Shown: piece by piece, positions 9,111-20,272 of the stretch
Numbering within the stretch: position 1 is the stretch's first letter
How the letters are laid out: every line of letters starts with the position of its first letter
Assembly (NCBI GenBank): GCA_964611275.1
Contig: CAZSZS010000117.1
Location: 1-56,091 of the forward strand
DNA from: an uncultured Eubacteriales bacterium
Lineage (GTDB): Bacteria; Acidobacteriota; Aminicenantia; Aminicenantales; Aminicenantaceae
DNA: 56,091 bases
Direction: 5' to 3'
Made by a program: the position numbers and the translations under genes
Notes under the pieces: model-generated
The model's input: only the letters and a program-made list of their open reading frames with translations
Databases searched by the model: none
Told to the model about the DNA's origin: nothing

Positions 9111-9953
9111 ATGAAAGTGATAGAAAGCATTGAACAAATGAAGAAGGAAATGCGAAGGCGCCGGGCTGAAGGGGACACCATAGGCTTTGTTCCCACTATG
9201 GGGTATTTACATGAGGGCCATTTAAGCCTTGTCAGGGAAGCGGTTAGCAGGACAGACTGTACCGTGGTGAGCGTGTATGTGAATCCCACTCAGTTCGGTC
9301 CTAATGAAGATTTTGAACAATATCCACGTGACCTGGACAAAGATGCAGGGATACTGGACGAGGAGGGAGCGAGTTACTTGTTCACTCCAAAAGACAGTGA
9401 AATATATCCGGAAGGTTACAAAACATATGTTGAAGTGCATGACCTTCAGGATGTGATGTGCGGTTCATCAAGGCCCGGTCATTTCAGAGGTGTTTGTACT
9501 GTGGTTTTGAAGCTGTTTCATATTGTGAGACCTGATAGCGCCTATTTTGGGCAAAAAGATGCCCAGCAGGCTGTTATTTTGAAAAAAATGGTCAGAGACC
9601 TCAATATGGATGTCGCCATATCAGTCCTTCCCATCGTCAGGGAACAGGACGGGGTGGCATTAAGTTCAAGAAACAGCCTTCTTAGGAAGGAAGAAAGGAA
9701 AGCCGCCAGATGTTTGTACAAAAGCCTTGGATTGGCTAGGGAGGCTCTTAGAAGAGGGAAGAGGAATTCAAGTGAGTTGATCAATTTAATGAAAGATGAG
9801 ATTGCAAAAGAAAAATCAGCAAAAATAGATTATATTGAAATTGTGAATAAAAACACCCTGGAATCAATGATGGAAATAAAGGAAGGAGATACGCTTATTG
9901 CTTTAGCTGTGTTTATAGGAAAAGTAAGATTGATAGATAATATGATTGTTTAG
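9111..9953 (+). CDS. panC: Pantoate-beta-alanine ligase
   Basis: VPTMGYLHEGH, VNPTQF, RPGHFRGV, FGQKDAQQ, ALSSRN, RLIDN. Confidence 0.97.
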   Translation: MKVIESIEQMKKEMRRRRAEGDTIGFVPTMGYLHEGHLSLVREAVSRTDCTVVSVYVNPTQFGPNEDFEQYPRDLDKDAGILDEEGASYLFTPKDSEIYPEGYKTYVEVHDLQDVMCGSSRPGHFRGVCTVVLKLFHIVRPDSAYFGQKDAQQAVILKKMVRDLNMDVAISVLPIVREQDGVALSSRNSLLRKEERKAARCLYKSLGLAREALRRGKRNSSELINLMKDEIAKEKSAKIDYIEIVNKNTLESMMEIKEGDTLIALAVFIGKVRLIDNMIV

Positions 9954-10014
9954 ACATGATCAATCACCATATGGTTTTTATGAAAGACCCAGGTAGATCT
10001 AAGGAGGCACAAGA

Positions 10015-10371
10015 ATGTTAAGGATCATGCTTAAATCCAAGATTCATAATGCAAGGGTCACAGAAAAGAATGTGAATTATCAGGGAAGTATTACTTTATC
10101 CAAAGATTTGATAAGAGAGGCAGAACTTTTTCCTTTTGAACAGGTCCATATATATAATATTTCGAATGGAGAAAGATTTATAACCTATGTGATACAGGAT
10201 GAAAAGAGGCCCGGGGTCGTGGGGCTGAACGGAGCTGCGGCTCATAAAGTCAGTATCGGGGATAAAATCATCATTGCCTCCTTTTCTCTAATGAGTGATG
10301 AAGAGGCAGATTTTTACAGGCCCAAAATACTGATCCTGGATAAAGATAATAAAATCAAAGAGGCCAAATAA
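10015..10371 (+). CDS. panD: Aspartate 1-decarboxylase
   Basis: MLKSKIH, YQG|SIT self-cleavage site, NGERFITY, NGAAA. Confidence 0.95.
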   Translation: MLRIMLKSKIHNARVTEKNVNYQGSITLSKDLIREAELFPFEQVHIYNISNGERFITYVIQDEKRPGVVGLNGAAAHKVSIGDKIIIASFSLMSDEEADFYRPKILILDKDNKIKEAK

Positions 10372-10414
10372 AAACCCTCGTTTTAATCCCGGTTATTCAC
10401 GAATAGAGTGTTAG

Positions 10415-10613
10415 CCTAATGAAATTCAGATATGGCCTGTGCTCCCTTCAGATTTTTAACGCCATTCTTCTTCATTTTTCTCGGCTCCTGCGTAACTCTC
10501 CCCGTCCGTGGGTCAGACATACTCGGAGCCCAGCTTTGCCGGGTATCCTCGAAAAGCCTCATCCGAAGGCTAAATCTTCAATGTCGCTTCAGCTACACCT
10601 GAATTTCGCTAGG
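10415..10613. repeat. Structured intergenic element A (~200 bp) closed by imperfect 22-bp terminal inverted repeats
   Basis: CCTAATGAAATTCAGATATGGC ... GCTACACCTGAATTTCGCTAGG; internal hairpins GGCTCC..GGAGCC and AGCCT..AGGCT; its left end recurs inverted at 38068-38098. Confidence 0.65.
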
Positions 10614-10657
10614 AATGCGCGTATCCTGTAAGATAATTAACATCATAATTCATCCCA

Positions 10658-10776
10658 ACTTTCAGGCAGGCTGGCTGGTTCTGAAGTCATCCGGAGGCGA
10701 GCGAGCCGAGGAATAAGGTGATTTTACTCGCGGGGAAAAATCAGCGGGCTGAAGAACCAGCTTGCCTGATGAAAGT
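10658..10776. repeat. Structured dispersed repeat B, copy 1 (119 bp)
   Basis: ACTTTCAGGCAGGCTGG...CCAGCTTGCCTGATGAAAGT terminal stem; near-identical to the reverse complement of 37921-38065. Confidence 0.85.
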
Positions 10777-10821
10777 TCGGAGCATAAATGTGTTATCGGT
10801 AGCTTTTATGAATGACCAGGA

Positions 10822-12285
10822 TCAGTCGAGGTGGTAGTTAGGCGCTTCCTTTGTAATGATGACATCGTGGACATGACTTTCCCTGACTCCTGCGGATGTG
10901 ATTTTAATGAATTTCGCTTTTTTCTGAAGCTCCTTTATACTGGAACATCCGGTGTAACCCATTCCTGCTCTCAATCCTCCCACCATCATGTGTATTATAT
11001 GAGAAACACTGCCTTTATTGGGAACACGGCCTTCTATTCCCTCAGGCACTAATTTGGATTTATTAGTTGAGTCTTGAAAATATCTGTCTCCGGTTCTTCC
11101 TTCCCGCATGGCTTCCAGAGAGCCCATGCCCCTGTATATTTTGTAAGAGCGTCCCTGATAAATAATCACTTCTCCCGGGGATTCATCAGTTCCGGCTAAG
11201 AGGTTGCCGATCATGACCGAATCAGCTCCGGCAACTATGGCTTTTGTGATGTCGCCTGAAAATTTTATTCCTCCATCTGCTATCAGTGGAATGTTATGCG
11301 CTTCTGTGACCTGAAAAACATTGGCAATTGCCGTTATTTGCGGGATACCGGCACCGGAGATGATTCGAGTCGTACAGATAGAACCGGGACCGACTCCGAC
11401 TTTCACGGCGTCCACATCGAGTTTTATGAGATCTTTGGCAGCTTCGGCTGTTCCTATATTGCCGGCTATCAGCTCTGCATCCGGAAACTTTTTTCTCAAT
11501 TTTTTAATCGTGTCCAGGACTTTCTTTGAGTGCCCGTGAGCTGTATCAATCACGAGCACATCGCTTTTCGCATGGATGAGTTCAGTGGCCCTTTCCATTG
11601 TGTTCTCAGCAGTTCCAATGGCAGCCCCCACTCTCAGCTGGCCAAGTTTATCCTTGCAGGCATTGGGGTATTTTATCCGCTTAAGGATGTCCTTGTACGT
11701 GATCAATCCTTTCAGATGGAATTTCTCGTTGACCATAAGGATTTTTTCGATTTTATGTTTGTGAAAAAGCCTTTTTGCCTCTTCAATGGAAGTGCCCAGA
11801 GGAACCGTAACCAGTTCCCTGGTCATTACTTTTTCTATGGGAAGATTGAGGCGTGTTTCAAACCTGATGTCCCGATTTGTAAGGATACCCATTAACTTGT
11901 TGTTCGCATCTGTTATGGGAAGTCCGGAGATCTGATATTTTTTCATGACTTCCTTGGCTTCGTAGATCTTATTCTGCGGCTTCATAGTAATGGGGTTGAC
12001 GATCATTCCGCTTTCATGACGTTTTACTTTATCTACCTCTTCGGCTTGCTTATCAATAGGCATATTTTTGTGTATGATCCCTATTCCTCCGTTTTGGGCC
12101 AGGGCAATAGCCATCTTGGATTCAGTTACAGTGTCCATCGCAGAGCTGATTACAGGCATGGATAGATCAATATTACGGCTTAATTTCGTTGTGACATCAG
12201 CCTCAGCCGGAAGAATGTTTGACTTTGCAGGCATTATCAGCACGTCGTCGAATGTCAGCCCTTTCAATATATCTTTATTCAACAT
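10822..12285 (-). CDS. guaB: IMP dehydrogenase
   Basis: LTFDDVL, CBS pair, [11 protein letters not shown] catalytic Cys, YRGMGS, PEGIEG. Confidence 0.98.
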   Translation of the reverse strand: MLNKDILKGLTFDDVLIMPAKSNILPAEADVTTKLSRNIDLSMPVISSAMDTVTESKMAIALAQNGGIGIIHKNMPIDKQAEEVDKVKRHESGMIVNPITMKPQNKIYEAKEVMKKYQISGLPITDANNKLMGILTNRDIRFETRLNLPIEKVMTRELVTVPLGTSIEEAKRLFHKHKIEKILMVNEKFHLKGLITYKDILKRIKYPNACKDKLGQLRVGAAIGTAENTMERATELIHAKSDVLVIDTAHGHSKKVLDTIKKLRKKFPDAELIAGNIGTAEAAKDLIKLDVDAVKVGVGPGSICTTRIISGAGIPQITAIANVFQVTEAHNIPLIADGGIKFSGDITKAIVAGADSVMIGNLLAGTDESPGEVIIYQGRSYKIYRGMGSLEAMREGRTGDRYFQDSTNKSKLVPEGIEGRVPNKGSVSHIIHMMVGGLRAGMGYTGCSSIKELQKKAKFIKITSAGVRESHVHDVIITKEAPNYHLD

Positions 12286-12301
12286 TCTCTTTCTCCTTAT
12301 T

Positions 12302-14908
12302 TTATTTTTTTCTCTTGCCCTTTTTTCTCTTTTTAGGGATCACAGAGCGTGCCTTTTTGCCCTGTCTTGTCGGAGAACTCTGAGGTTTTTTATAGTAGAT
12401 CTCCTGTTCCTTTCTTTCCGGCATTTCCGTTTTTTCAACAGGCTGAAGTAAAAACAGATACTTTAGTGTTTCCTCTTCGATCCTATCCATCATTGATTGA
12501 AACATATCAAAGCTTTCTCTTTTATACTCGACAAGAGGATCTCTTTGTCCGTATCCTCTCAGGCCTATGCCTTCTTTTAAATGGTCCATGGCTAGCAAAT
12601 GGTCTTTCCACTGAGTATCAATCACTTGAAGCATTATGATTCTCTCGAATTCTCTCATCCTTTCTGGTGAGATTATTCTTTCTTTTTCTTCATAAATCTC
12701 ATTTAAGGCGTTTATTGTTTTTTCATGGAGTTCTTGGAAATTGATGGTTTTCCAGTCGATTTCCTGCTCGTCTACATCCAATCCGAACTGGGCCTTAATG
12801 GCGTTCGTGAAGCCTTCGATATTCCAATCGTCAGGGGAGTCGTTTTCGTTGGTGTTTGTATCCATTATCCAATCGACTATATTGACGCTGATTTCCTGTA
12901 TGAATTCCTTCATGTCTTTTCCATGAAGGATTTCCTTTCTTTGAGAGTAAATCGATTCTCTCTGTTTGTTCATCACATCATCGTATTCAAGCAGATGCTT
13001 TCGGATGGAAAAGTTGCGGCCTTCCACTTGTTTTTGCGCTCTTTCAATGGCTTTGGTGACCATGTTGTGTTCGATAGGGACTCCCTCTTCCATGCCGACT
13101 CTGGTCATAATCCCTGATATTTTTTCGCTTCCGAAAATGCGCATAAGGTCATCTTCAAGGGAAAGATAAAATCTGGATGAGCCTGGATCTCCTTGTCTCC
13201 CGCACCTTCCCCTTAATTGATTGTCTATTCTTCTGGCTTCGTGCCTTTCCGTACCCGTAACATGGAGCCCTCCGAGGGAGATAACTTTTTCCTTTTCGGG
13301 TTTAGTGATGGACAGTGCTTTTTGAAGTGCTTTTTGGTGCTCTTCCCCATCACTGTTTTCTTCATCCCCCTTTTTAATAAGGAAGTCTTCGGCTAGGGAC
13401 TCAGGATTCCCTCCCAATAAAATATCGACGCCTCTTCCTGCCATGTTTGTGGCAATGGTGACCGCACCCACTCTTCCGGCCTGGGCTATTATCTTTGCTT
13501 CTGATTCATGATATTTTGCGTTGAGGACATTGTGCTTGATGTGTTTTTGATTCAGAAGGGAACCGAGATATTCTGACTTTTCAATAGAAATGGTGCCCAC
13601 CAATACGGGCCTTCCCTTCTCATTGTTTTCTATGATCTCGTTGGCCACCGCATCCCATTTTTCTTTGGCTGTGCGGTAAATCAGGTCATCTAGCTCTTTT
13701 CTTATCAGAGGTTTATTAGTGGGGATTTCGACCACATCAAGGTCATACAGGGAATGAAACTCAGCTGCTTCTGTGGCCGCTGTTCCTGTCATTCCTGCCA
13801 ATTTATCGTACATTCTGAAATAATTTTGGAATGTTACAGAAGCAAGGGTCTGGTATTCAGCTTCAATCCGGACGTTTTCCTTTGCCTCTAATGCTTGATG
13901 CAAGCCATCACTGTACCGCCTTCCGGGCATGAGTCTCCCCGTAAATTCATCTACAATGATTACTTTTCCTTCTTTTATCATATAGTCAACGTCTTTTTTG
14001 AAGAGGTGATGGGCTTTCAGTGCTTGATTGATGGCATGAATCAAGTCCATGTGTTTGATGTCATACAGGTTATCTATTTGAAGGGACTTTTCTGCGTGCT
14101 CCACTCCTTCCTCTGTAAGAACAGCGGTTCTTGACTTTTCGTCTATTTGATAGTCTGTGGATTTATTCAGCCTTTTGACAATGTTGTTGATTTTGTAATA
14201 TATGGAGGTCGAATCTTCGGTGGGACCGGATATGATAAGGGGAGTCCTGGCTTCATCAATCAGAATACTGTCGACTTCGTCAAGAATGGCGAATTTATGT
14301 TCTTTTTGGACGATATCCGAAAGACGAAATTTCATATTATCTCTGAGATAGTCAAAACCGAATTCATTATTTGTTCCGTATGTAATATCTTTTTCATAGG
14401 CGCTTTGCCTGTCGATTTCGTTTATGTCATGCTGGATAACACCGACTTCTAAGCCTAAAGTTTTATAAATAGGCCCCATCCACTCCGAGTCCCTCTTGGC
14501 CAAATAATCATTGACCGTGACTATATGGACACTGCCTTTTTTTTCAAGTGCGTTAAGATAAGCGGGAAGAGTGGCTACAAGGGTTTTTCCTTCCCCTGTT
14601 TTCATCTCAGCTATTTTGCCCTGATGGAGAACCACTCCGCCAATAATTTGCACGTCAAAGTGCCTCATATTGACTTTTCTTTTTGCTGCTTCCCTTACAA
14701 CAGCAAAGGCTTCAAAGAGAATATCCTCTAAAGAGGCTCCGTTTTTTATTTTGTTTCTGAATTCGTTTGTTTTTTCTCTCAGCTGCTGGTCGCTCAGATT
14801 TACTATTTTCGGTTCGATCTCATTTACGGCCGTTACAAAAGGTCGGAGCTTTTTTATGTCTCTTTCTGTTTTCGTACCGAATATCTTGCTTAAGAGTGTG
14901 TTGAACAT
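12302..14908 (-). CDS. secA: Preprotein translocase ATPase SecA
   Basis: [46 protein letters not shown]; start at ATG 14908 or 14914. Confidence 0.98.
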   Translation of the reverse strand: MFNTLLSKIFGTKTERDIKKLRPFVTAVNEIEPKIVNLSDQQLREKTNEFRNKIKNGASLEDILFEAFAVVREAAKRKVNMRHFDVQIIGGVVLHQGKIAEMKTGEGKTLVATLPAYLNALEKKGSVHIVTVNDYLAKRDSEWMGPIYKTLGLEVGVIQHDINEIDRQSAYEKDITYGTNNEFGFDYLRDNMKFRLSDIVQKEHKFAILDEVDSILIDEARTPLIISGPTEDSTSIYYKINNIVKRLNKSTDYQIDEKSRTAVLTEEGVEHAEKSLQIDNLYDIKHMDLIHAINQALKAHHLFKKDVDYMIKEGKVIIVDEFTGRLMPGRRYSDGLHQALEAKENVRIEAEYQTLASVTFQNYFRMYDKLAGMTGTAATEAAEFHSLYDLDVVEIPTNKPLIRKELDDLIYRTAKEKWDAVANEIIENNEKGRPVLVGTISIEKSEYLGSLLNQKHIKHNVLNAKYHESEAKIIAQAGRVGAVTIATNMAGRGVDILLGGNPESLAEDFLIKKGDEENSDGEEHQKALQKALSITKPEKEKVISLGGLHVTGTERHEARRIDNQLRGRCGRQGDPGSSRFYLSLEDDLMRIFGSEKISGIMTRVGMEEGVPIEHNMVTKAIERAQKQVEGRNFSIRKHLLEYDDVMNKQRESIYSQRKEILHGKDMKEFIQEISVNIVDWIMDTNTNENDSPDDWNIEGFTNAIKAQFGLDVDEQEIDWKTINFQELHEKTINALNEIYEEKERIISPERMREFERIIMLQVIDTQWKDHLLAMDHLKEGIGLRGYGQRDPLVEYKRESFDMFQSMMDRIEEETLKYLFLLQPVEKTEMPERKEQEIYYKKPQSSPTRQGKKARSVIPKKRKKGKRKK

Positions 14909-15040
14909 TTGCATAATTTTTAACAAATATAGGGCTTGGTTGTCAATTAAAGTTGTAGTAATTTATTAGTTTAACCCCTTGAATTTTTTTCCTGTTTCTT
15001 TTATTATCACTAGTTAACTTTTTTAATACGGATAAATCAA

Positions 15041-15277
15041 ATGATGAGTTTAATAAATTCGCCCCGGGGAAAACACTTGAGAATCACCAATATTGCCGGG
15101 GGAACTGAAGTGCGAAGAAGGCTTTTCTCTTTGGGGATCCATAAAGATGATATCGTGGAGCTGGATTCCCGCAGTATGTTCAGAGGGCCTGTTCTTATAA
15201 GAAACAACACGTCAGGAACCTCTGTAGCCATTGGGAGAGGAATTGCCAGCAAAATCATGGTTAATATTGTTGAGTAG
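15041..15277 (+). CDS. feoA: Ferrous iron transport protein A
   Basis: RRRLFSLGI...GPV...VAIGRGIA; directly upstream of feoB. Confidence 0.9.
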   Translation: MMSLINSPRGKHLRITNIAGGTEVRRRLFSLGIHKDDIVELDSRSMFRGPVLIRNNTSGTSVAIGRGIASKIMVNIVE

Positions 15278-17213
15278 AAAAGAGGATATTCCTGATATAG
15301 TTTTCATTGGCCAGCCTAACTGCGGGAAAAGCACCCTCTTTAATTTTATCGCAGGGCTTAAAGCCGTCACATCGAATTTTCCGGGAACGACTGTCAAACA
15401 CACGCACAGTAAAGTCACTGTGGGGGGAAGGTTATTCAATATCATAGACCTGCCCGGGACTTATTCTCTCAATCCTGCGGATGAGGCAGAAAAGGTCGCT
15501 TTGACACATCTTTTCGTTGAAAAACCTGATCTGGTAATAAATGTTGTGGACGCTTCCATTCTCGGAAGAAGCCTTGAGATGACACTGGAACTGATGGAAC
15601 TAGAATATCCGATGGTTCTGGCATTGAATATGATGGATACGGTAGAAAAAAAGGGGATAGAAATAGATCCTGAAAAGCTGCAAAAAATACTGGGAATTCC
15701 TGTTATCCCCACTATAGCTTCTCATGGAAGAGGAGTCAAAGAACTGTTAGACAAAGCCATATCTTGTCTTGATGAATGCAGGAAACCAAAAAGACTGATC
15801 TGGTCCAAGGACGTGGAAGATAAAATTAAAGAAGTGGAAGAATTCATCCCTATTGAATTTAGATCCGTAGCCAATAGAAGATTCACGGCAATCAAATCCA
15901 TAGAACTGGACAGGCCGTCTTTTAACCGTATGATCGAGGAGATCAGCCTTCCGTTAAAGAACAGCATAGACAAGGCCAGGGATGAGCTTCAAAGGAATCA
16001 TGGTGTGCCGGCATATGAGGTCATTGCCGCTGAAAGGCATCACCTTGCCCTTAAATTATTTGAGGATTGCTGTAAGGTAACACGGAGGAAAAAGGCAAGC
16101 GTTGAAGAGAGAATTGATGATATCATTATGCATCCGTTCTGGGGTTATTTTATCTTGCTCGGTGTGTTCATCAGCTTTTTTCTGGTCATTTTTATCGTGG
16201 CAAGCCCGATAGAGGAGCTGCTTTTAGCTCCTTTAACCGCCTTGAGAGGCGTTTTATCCGACTTACTGGGAAAAGGGATCTTGTTTTATTTAGCAGATGG
16301 TCTCATACAGGGAATAGGAGGTGGAATAGCTATTGTGCTTCCTTATTTCATCCCATTGCTGCTGTTGATGTCCTTTCTTGAGGATATTGGATATTTATCC
16401 AGAGTCGGGTTCTTGATGGATACACTGATGCATAAGATAGGGCTTCATGGAAAATCTGTTTCGCCGTTTATGCTTGGTTTCGGATGCAATGTCCCGGCAG
16501 TCGTCTCAACCCGGATTCTTGAATCAAGGCGGGATAAAATCATCACCACGTTGTTGATTCCCTTCATTCCCTGTTCCGCAAGGACCACTATTATCCTTGC
16601 ATTGGTCGCTTTCTATTTAGGCCCATTATGGGCTGTGGGCTTTTATCTCTTCAATATGCTCCTAGTGGCTGTATTAGGAAGGGTGATCTCGCTGTTTTTT
16701 AAAACACATTCTCCGGGTCTTATCCTTGAGATACCTTCTTTAAAGATCCCTTCACTCTCGAATGTGCTTAAGAAAGTCTATTTTCAATTGAAGTCTTTTA
16801 TTGCATTTGCATGGCCTATTTTGATCGCGGGAAGTGTGGTTCTGGGCCTCCTTCAATTTTTTCATATAGACAGAACGATCAATATCGTCCTTTCACCGGT
16901 TGTCGAGCATGTTCTCGGGTTACCAGAAGAATTAGGAGTGACCTTGATCTTTGGTTTCTTAAGGAAAGAACTCTCTCTGATAATGATGCTTCAGGCTTTG
17001 GGAGTGAATTATAACCAGCTTTTAACGGTCGTATCTCAACAGCAGATCATTGTCTTTACCGTATTTCTCAGTTTTTTTATTCCTTGTCTGTCAACAGTTG
17101 CCATAATATGGAAAGAGATAGGAAGGAAATGGGCTTTTGTATCCATTCTATTGAACACTTCAGTGGCATTGCTTATCAGTTATATTGCCCGGCTCATATT
17201 CATAGGAATATGA
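15270..17213 (+). CDS. feoB: Ferrous iron transport protein B
   Basis: GQPNCGKST, NFPGTTV, DLPGTYSL, NMMD, GFGCNVPA, PCSAR; probable TTG start at 15270 overlapping the feoA stop. Confidence 0.95.
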   Translation: MSRKEDIPDIVFIGQPNCGKSTLFNFIAGLKAVTSNFPGTTVKHTHSKVTVGGRLFNIIDLPGTYSLNPADEAEKVALTHLFVEKPDLVINVVDASILGRSLEMTLELMELEYPMVLALNMMDTVEKKGIEIDPEKLQKILGIPVIPTIASHGRGVKELLDKAISCLDECRKPKRLIWSKDVEDKIKEVEEFIPIEFRSVANRRFTAIKSIELDRPSFNRMIEEISLPLKNSIDKARDELQRNHGVPAYEVIAAERHHLALKLFEDCCKVTRRKKASVEERIDDIIMHPFWGYFILLGVFISFFLVIFIVASPIEELLLAPLTALRGVLSDLLGKGILFYLADGLIQGIGGGIAIVLPYFIPLLLLMSFLEDIGYLSRVGFLMDTLMHKIGLHGKSVSPFMLGFGCNVPAVVSTRILESRRDKIITTLLIPFIPCSARTTIILALVAFYLGPLWAVGFYLFNMLLVAVLGRVISLFFKTHSPGLILEIPSLKIPSLSNVLKKVYFQLKSFIAFAWPILIAGSVVLGLLQFFHIDRTINIVLSPVVEHVLGLPEELGVTLIFGFLRKELSLIMMLQALGVNYNQLLTVVSQQQIIVFTVFLSFFIPCLSTVAIIWKEIGRKWAFVSILLNTSVALLISYIARLIFIGI

Positions 17214-17263
17214 AGGTGAGAGGGACTGTCAGAAAAAAAAGATTTGTAAACGGTTATTGAGCT

Positions 17264-18490
17264 TTACGTGACATGTTTTATTTTTTTTGAAAATTTCTGG
17301 TAGTCTCCAGAAGAATATATATCATCTATCTGTTCAAACAAGACATCAATTTCTCTCTTTTCATTATAAAAATGGGGACCTATACGGATAACATCTTCAT
17401 TTTCTGTGCGGCTTTTTCTAAAGTCCACCAGAATTTTTTTATGATCAAGGGCTTGTTTGACTTGAAAAGCAGAAGGGAGGTTGATTGAAACAGCTCCTCC
17501 TCTGAGCTCTTTTTTTAAGGGAGAATAAATCGAAAAATTTCGTTGTTGGGCTTTATTTATGATCCATTGAGTCATGGATGTGGATTTTTCCCTGATGTTT
17601 TTTATTCCTATGCTTGTTATAATATCAAGTCCAGCCGAAGCTGTGTAAAGACAGGCAATGGGTGGAGTTCCTGACATAAACCGGTAAGATCCCGAGGTGT
17701 ATTTTAAGTCAAGATCAAATTTGAAAGGATTCTCATGAGCCATCCACCCGGTGAGCGATGGTTGGATTTTTTCCGCTAGCTCTGGTCTGATATATAGAAA
17801 AGCATTACCGGGGCCGCCGCAGAGCCATTTGAGACATCCTCCGATATAAAAATCTATTCCTGTGTTTTTAAGATGAACAGGGATGATCCCCGGAGCGTGA
17901 TATCCGTCAATGACTGTCTTTGCGCCTGCTTGAGATGCTTTTTCAGTTATTGATCGGATATCCTGAATAAAAGAACTTTTAAAACACACATGGGAAGTGG
18001 CAACAAATAAAGTGGTATCATCTATCCTTTCTGTGATATTTTTTGTCTCCAAATAAGAGGGATTTTTGCTTTTTATTATCTCTAATTTCCATCCCATGAA
18101 TTCAGCTATTTTTGAGACAGCATATATTGAAGAAGGAAAATCCAGGTCAGTCATGATGATTCTGTCCCTTTTGGTGTCCTTATTGTTAAATTGTGTGGAC
18201 AGAGCCATCCAGTGAGAAATGGTTGCATTGGGCGTCATTGTGATGCTGTTTTTTTCTGCTTTTAAAAGTTTCTGGATCTTTGTGCTCGTTTTTTTTGATA
18301 GGTCCCACCATTCTTTTTGCCAGGCACTGACACCTTGTGTAGCCCATAAATGATAATAGCGTTCCAGTCGTGTTCTGACTTTTTTAGGAACAGCGCCCAG
18401 GGAATTACTGATCAGGTAAACACAGTTTTTAAGAATAGGGAATTGGTCTCTTATGGATTTAAAATCATTTTCATTTTTAAGGTCATACAT
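17264..18490 (-). CDS. Kynureninase-like class V PLP enzyme
   Basis: YLISNSLG, DFPS, DGYH, GGCLKWLCGGPG (PLP Lys), GWMAH, GTPPI. Confidence 0.75.
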   Translation of the reverse strand: MYDLKNENDFKSIRDQFPILKNCVYLISNSLGAVPKKVRTRLERYYHLWATQGVSAWQKEWWDLSKKTSTKIQKLLKAEKNSITMTPNATISHWMALSTQFNNKDTKRDRIIMTDLDFPSSIYAVSKIAEFMGWKLEIIKSKNPSYLETKNITERIDDTTLFVATSHVCFKSSFIQDIRSITEKASQAGAKTVIDGYHAPGIIPVHLKNTGIDFYIGGCLKWLCGGPGNAFLYIRPELAEKIQPSLTGWMAHENPFKFDLDLKYTSGSYRFMSGTPPIACLYTASAGLDIITSIGIKNIREKSTSMTQWIINKAQQRNFSIYSPLKKELRGGAVSINLPSAFQVKQALDHKKILVDFRKSRTENEDVIRIGPHFYNEKREIDVLFEQIDDIYSSGDYQKFSKKIKHVT

Positions 18491-18584
18491 AGTTGAAGGT
18501 CACTTCCATTTTTAAATAGATTATATTATATTTTTGTGTCTTCTTGAAATTTAAGACGGGATGGGGCTATAATTTAATGGGCCG

Positions 18585-20264
18585 ATGAAAGAAGTCCAGT
18601 TATTTGTTTATCCAAAGGCAAAAGATTCCTTTTCCTATGATTTTACAAAAAATAAAGTATCGATGGGGAGATCAAGCGGTAATGATATAGCTCTTTCCGA
18701 CCCTTTTAGTTCAGGATCTCATGCCCAGATAGAAAGGTCGGGGAATGACTTTATACTCAAAGACAATGACAGCAAAAACGGAACTTATTTAAACGGCGAG
18801 AAGATAAAATCTGAGGTAAAGTTAAAAGAAGGTGATGAGATCCTTATCGGTTCTACCAGGATTGTTTTCAATAAAAAACTATCCACAAATGTTGAGTTTA
18901 CAGATTCTCCTTCCTCTTCTGTAAATGTCAATACCATAATGCATCTTGAAGACATATTGAGGAAACCGGAAGTCAGCACTACCATAGAGGCCACAGAGAG
19001 GTCCTTTGATATTGAGAAGATCAAACAAGAACATAAATCTCTGTCTGTCATCAGTGAAGTAAGCAAAACTCTTGTTCTGCACAAACCTCTCAGCGAACTG
19101 TTAGAACATATAATGGATTTGATATGTGAGAACCTGCCTATGGATAGAGGAGTTCTTATGATTAAAGAGGGAAATCCTGTTCAGTTTATCCCAAAGGTCA
19201 TACGCGTCAACAATACCAGCCTGATGAACAAGAAGATAAACGTCAGCCAGAGTATTGTTGATATGGCTGTGAACAAACATTCTTCAATCTTAGTTTCTGA
19301 CGTTCAAGCGGATCCCAGGTTTAAAGCCCAGGAAAGCGTCATACGATTTAATATATGTTCAGCAATGTGTGTCCCTTTATGGAACAATAAGGAAATCATA
19401 GGGATCATATATTCGGACCGCATATCTTTGAGCAAGCAGTTCACTGAAGAGGACCTGAAACTTCTGACGCTGTTATCTAACCTGGCTGCTGTGAAGATCG
19501 AGAACTCAAGGTTGATCGACAAGTCAATAGAAAAAGAGAAAATGGAAAAGGAACTGGATCTGGCTGCTAAAATACAAAGAGATTTTCTTCCTAAAAAAGA
19601 CCCGGAAATAGAAGGATACCAGGTTTCAGGGATCAACATTCCCTGCCAGCAGGTTGGAGGAGACTATTACGATTACATTCAAATAGATGATGACCGTATC
19701 GGGATAACCATTGCTGATGTTTCCGGCAAAGGCGTGGGAGCCTCGTTATTAATGGCTTCTTTGAGAGCTTCCCTTTATTCGGAAGTAAGTAAAGATTCAA
19801 TGGCGGAGGACATGGCGTGCCGATTGAACGATTTTGTCAATAAAAGCTCGGCCATCAATTCATTCATCACGTTTTTCTTTTTAGAACTGAATAAAAGAAG
19901 CGGAGATTTTATATATGTCAATGCAGGCCACAACTCTCCTTTTCATATAGATAAAAAAGGCAGGATATCTTGTCTGGAAAGCTGTGGTCTAAGTTTGGGG
20001 ATGTTTCCCTCTGTCTCTTACGAAAAAAGAAAAGGGCATCTGGCTCCTGGAGATATCATTGTCTTTTATACGGACGGAATCACTGAGAGCCGAAATAAAA
20101 AGAATGAGGAGTTCGGGGAGAAAGGGCTGAGAGATTTTATTAAGAGCCAAAGAAAACAGGAACCATCAGAAATCATTGATAGATTGTTGAAACACCTTAA
20201 TGAATTCATAGGCGGAGCGGACAGGATGGATGATATGACCGCAGTGATTGTCAAAAAAGTATAA
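18585..20264 (+). CDS. FHA-GAF-SpoIIE/PP2C phosphatase
   Basis: FHA (GRS..SGSHA..SKNGT), GAF (SAMCVPL..GIIYSD), PP2C (VGGDYYD, ADVSGKG, NAGH, YTDGITE, DDMT). Confidence 0.9.
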   Translation: MKEVQLFVYPKAKDSFSYDFTKNKVSMGRSSGNDIALSDPFSSGSHAQIERSGNDFILKDNDSKNGTYLNGEKIKSEVKLKEGDEILIGSTRIVFNKKLSTNVEFTDSPSSSVNVNTIMHLEDILRKPEVSTTIEATERSFDIEKIKQEHKSLSVISEVSKTLVLHKPLSELLEHIMDLICENLPMDRGVLMIKEGNPVQFIPKVIRVNNTSLMNKKINVSQSIVDMAVNKHSSILVSDVQADPRFKAQESVIRFNICSAMCVPLWNNKEIIGIIYSDRISLSKQFTEEDLKLLTLLSNLAAVKIENSRLIDKSIEKEKMEKELDLAAKIQRDFLPKKDPEIEGYQVSGINIPCQQVGGDYYDYIQIDDDRIGITIADVSGKGVGASLLMASLRASLYSEVSKDSMAEDMACRLNDFVNKSSAINSFITFFFLELNKRSGDFIYVNAGHNSPFHIDKKGRISCLESCGLSLGMFPSVSYEKRKGHLAPGDIIVFYTDGITESRNKKNEEFGEKGLRDFIKSQRKQEPSEIIDRLLKHLNEFIGGADRMDDMTAVIVKKV

Positions 20265-20272
20265 GCTGGATT

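Noticed and set aside
10415-10613. 6S RNA, SRP RNA, RNase P or group II intron fragment
   Set aside because: Size fits 6S, but the fold appears multi-branched and one end is repeated at 38068-38098. No SRP, RNase P or domain V signatures were seen. An Rfam scan is needed for formal exclusion.
14950-15040. Fur box upstream of feoA
   Set aside because: The region is AT-rich, but I found no convincing 7-1-7 inverted repeat.
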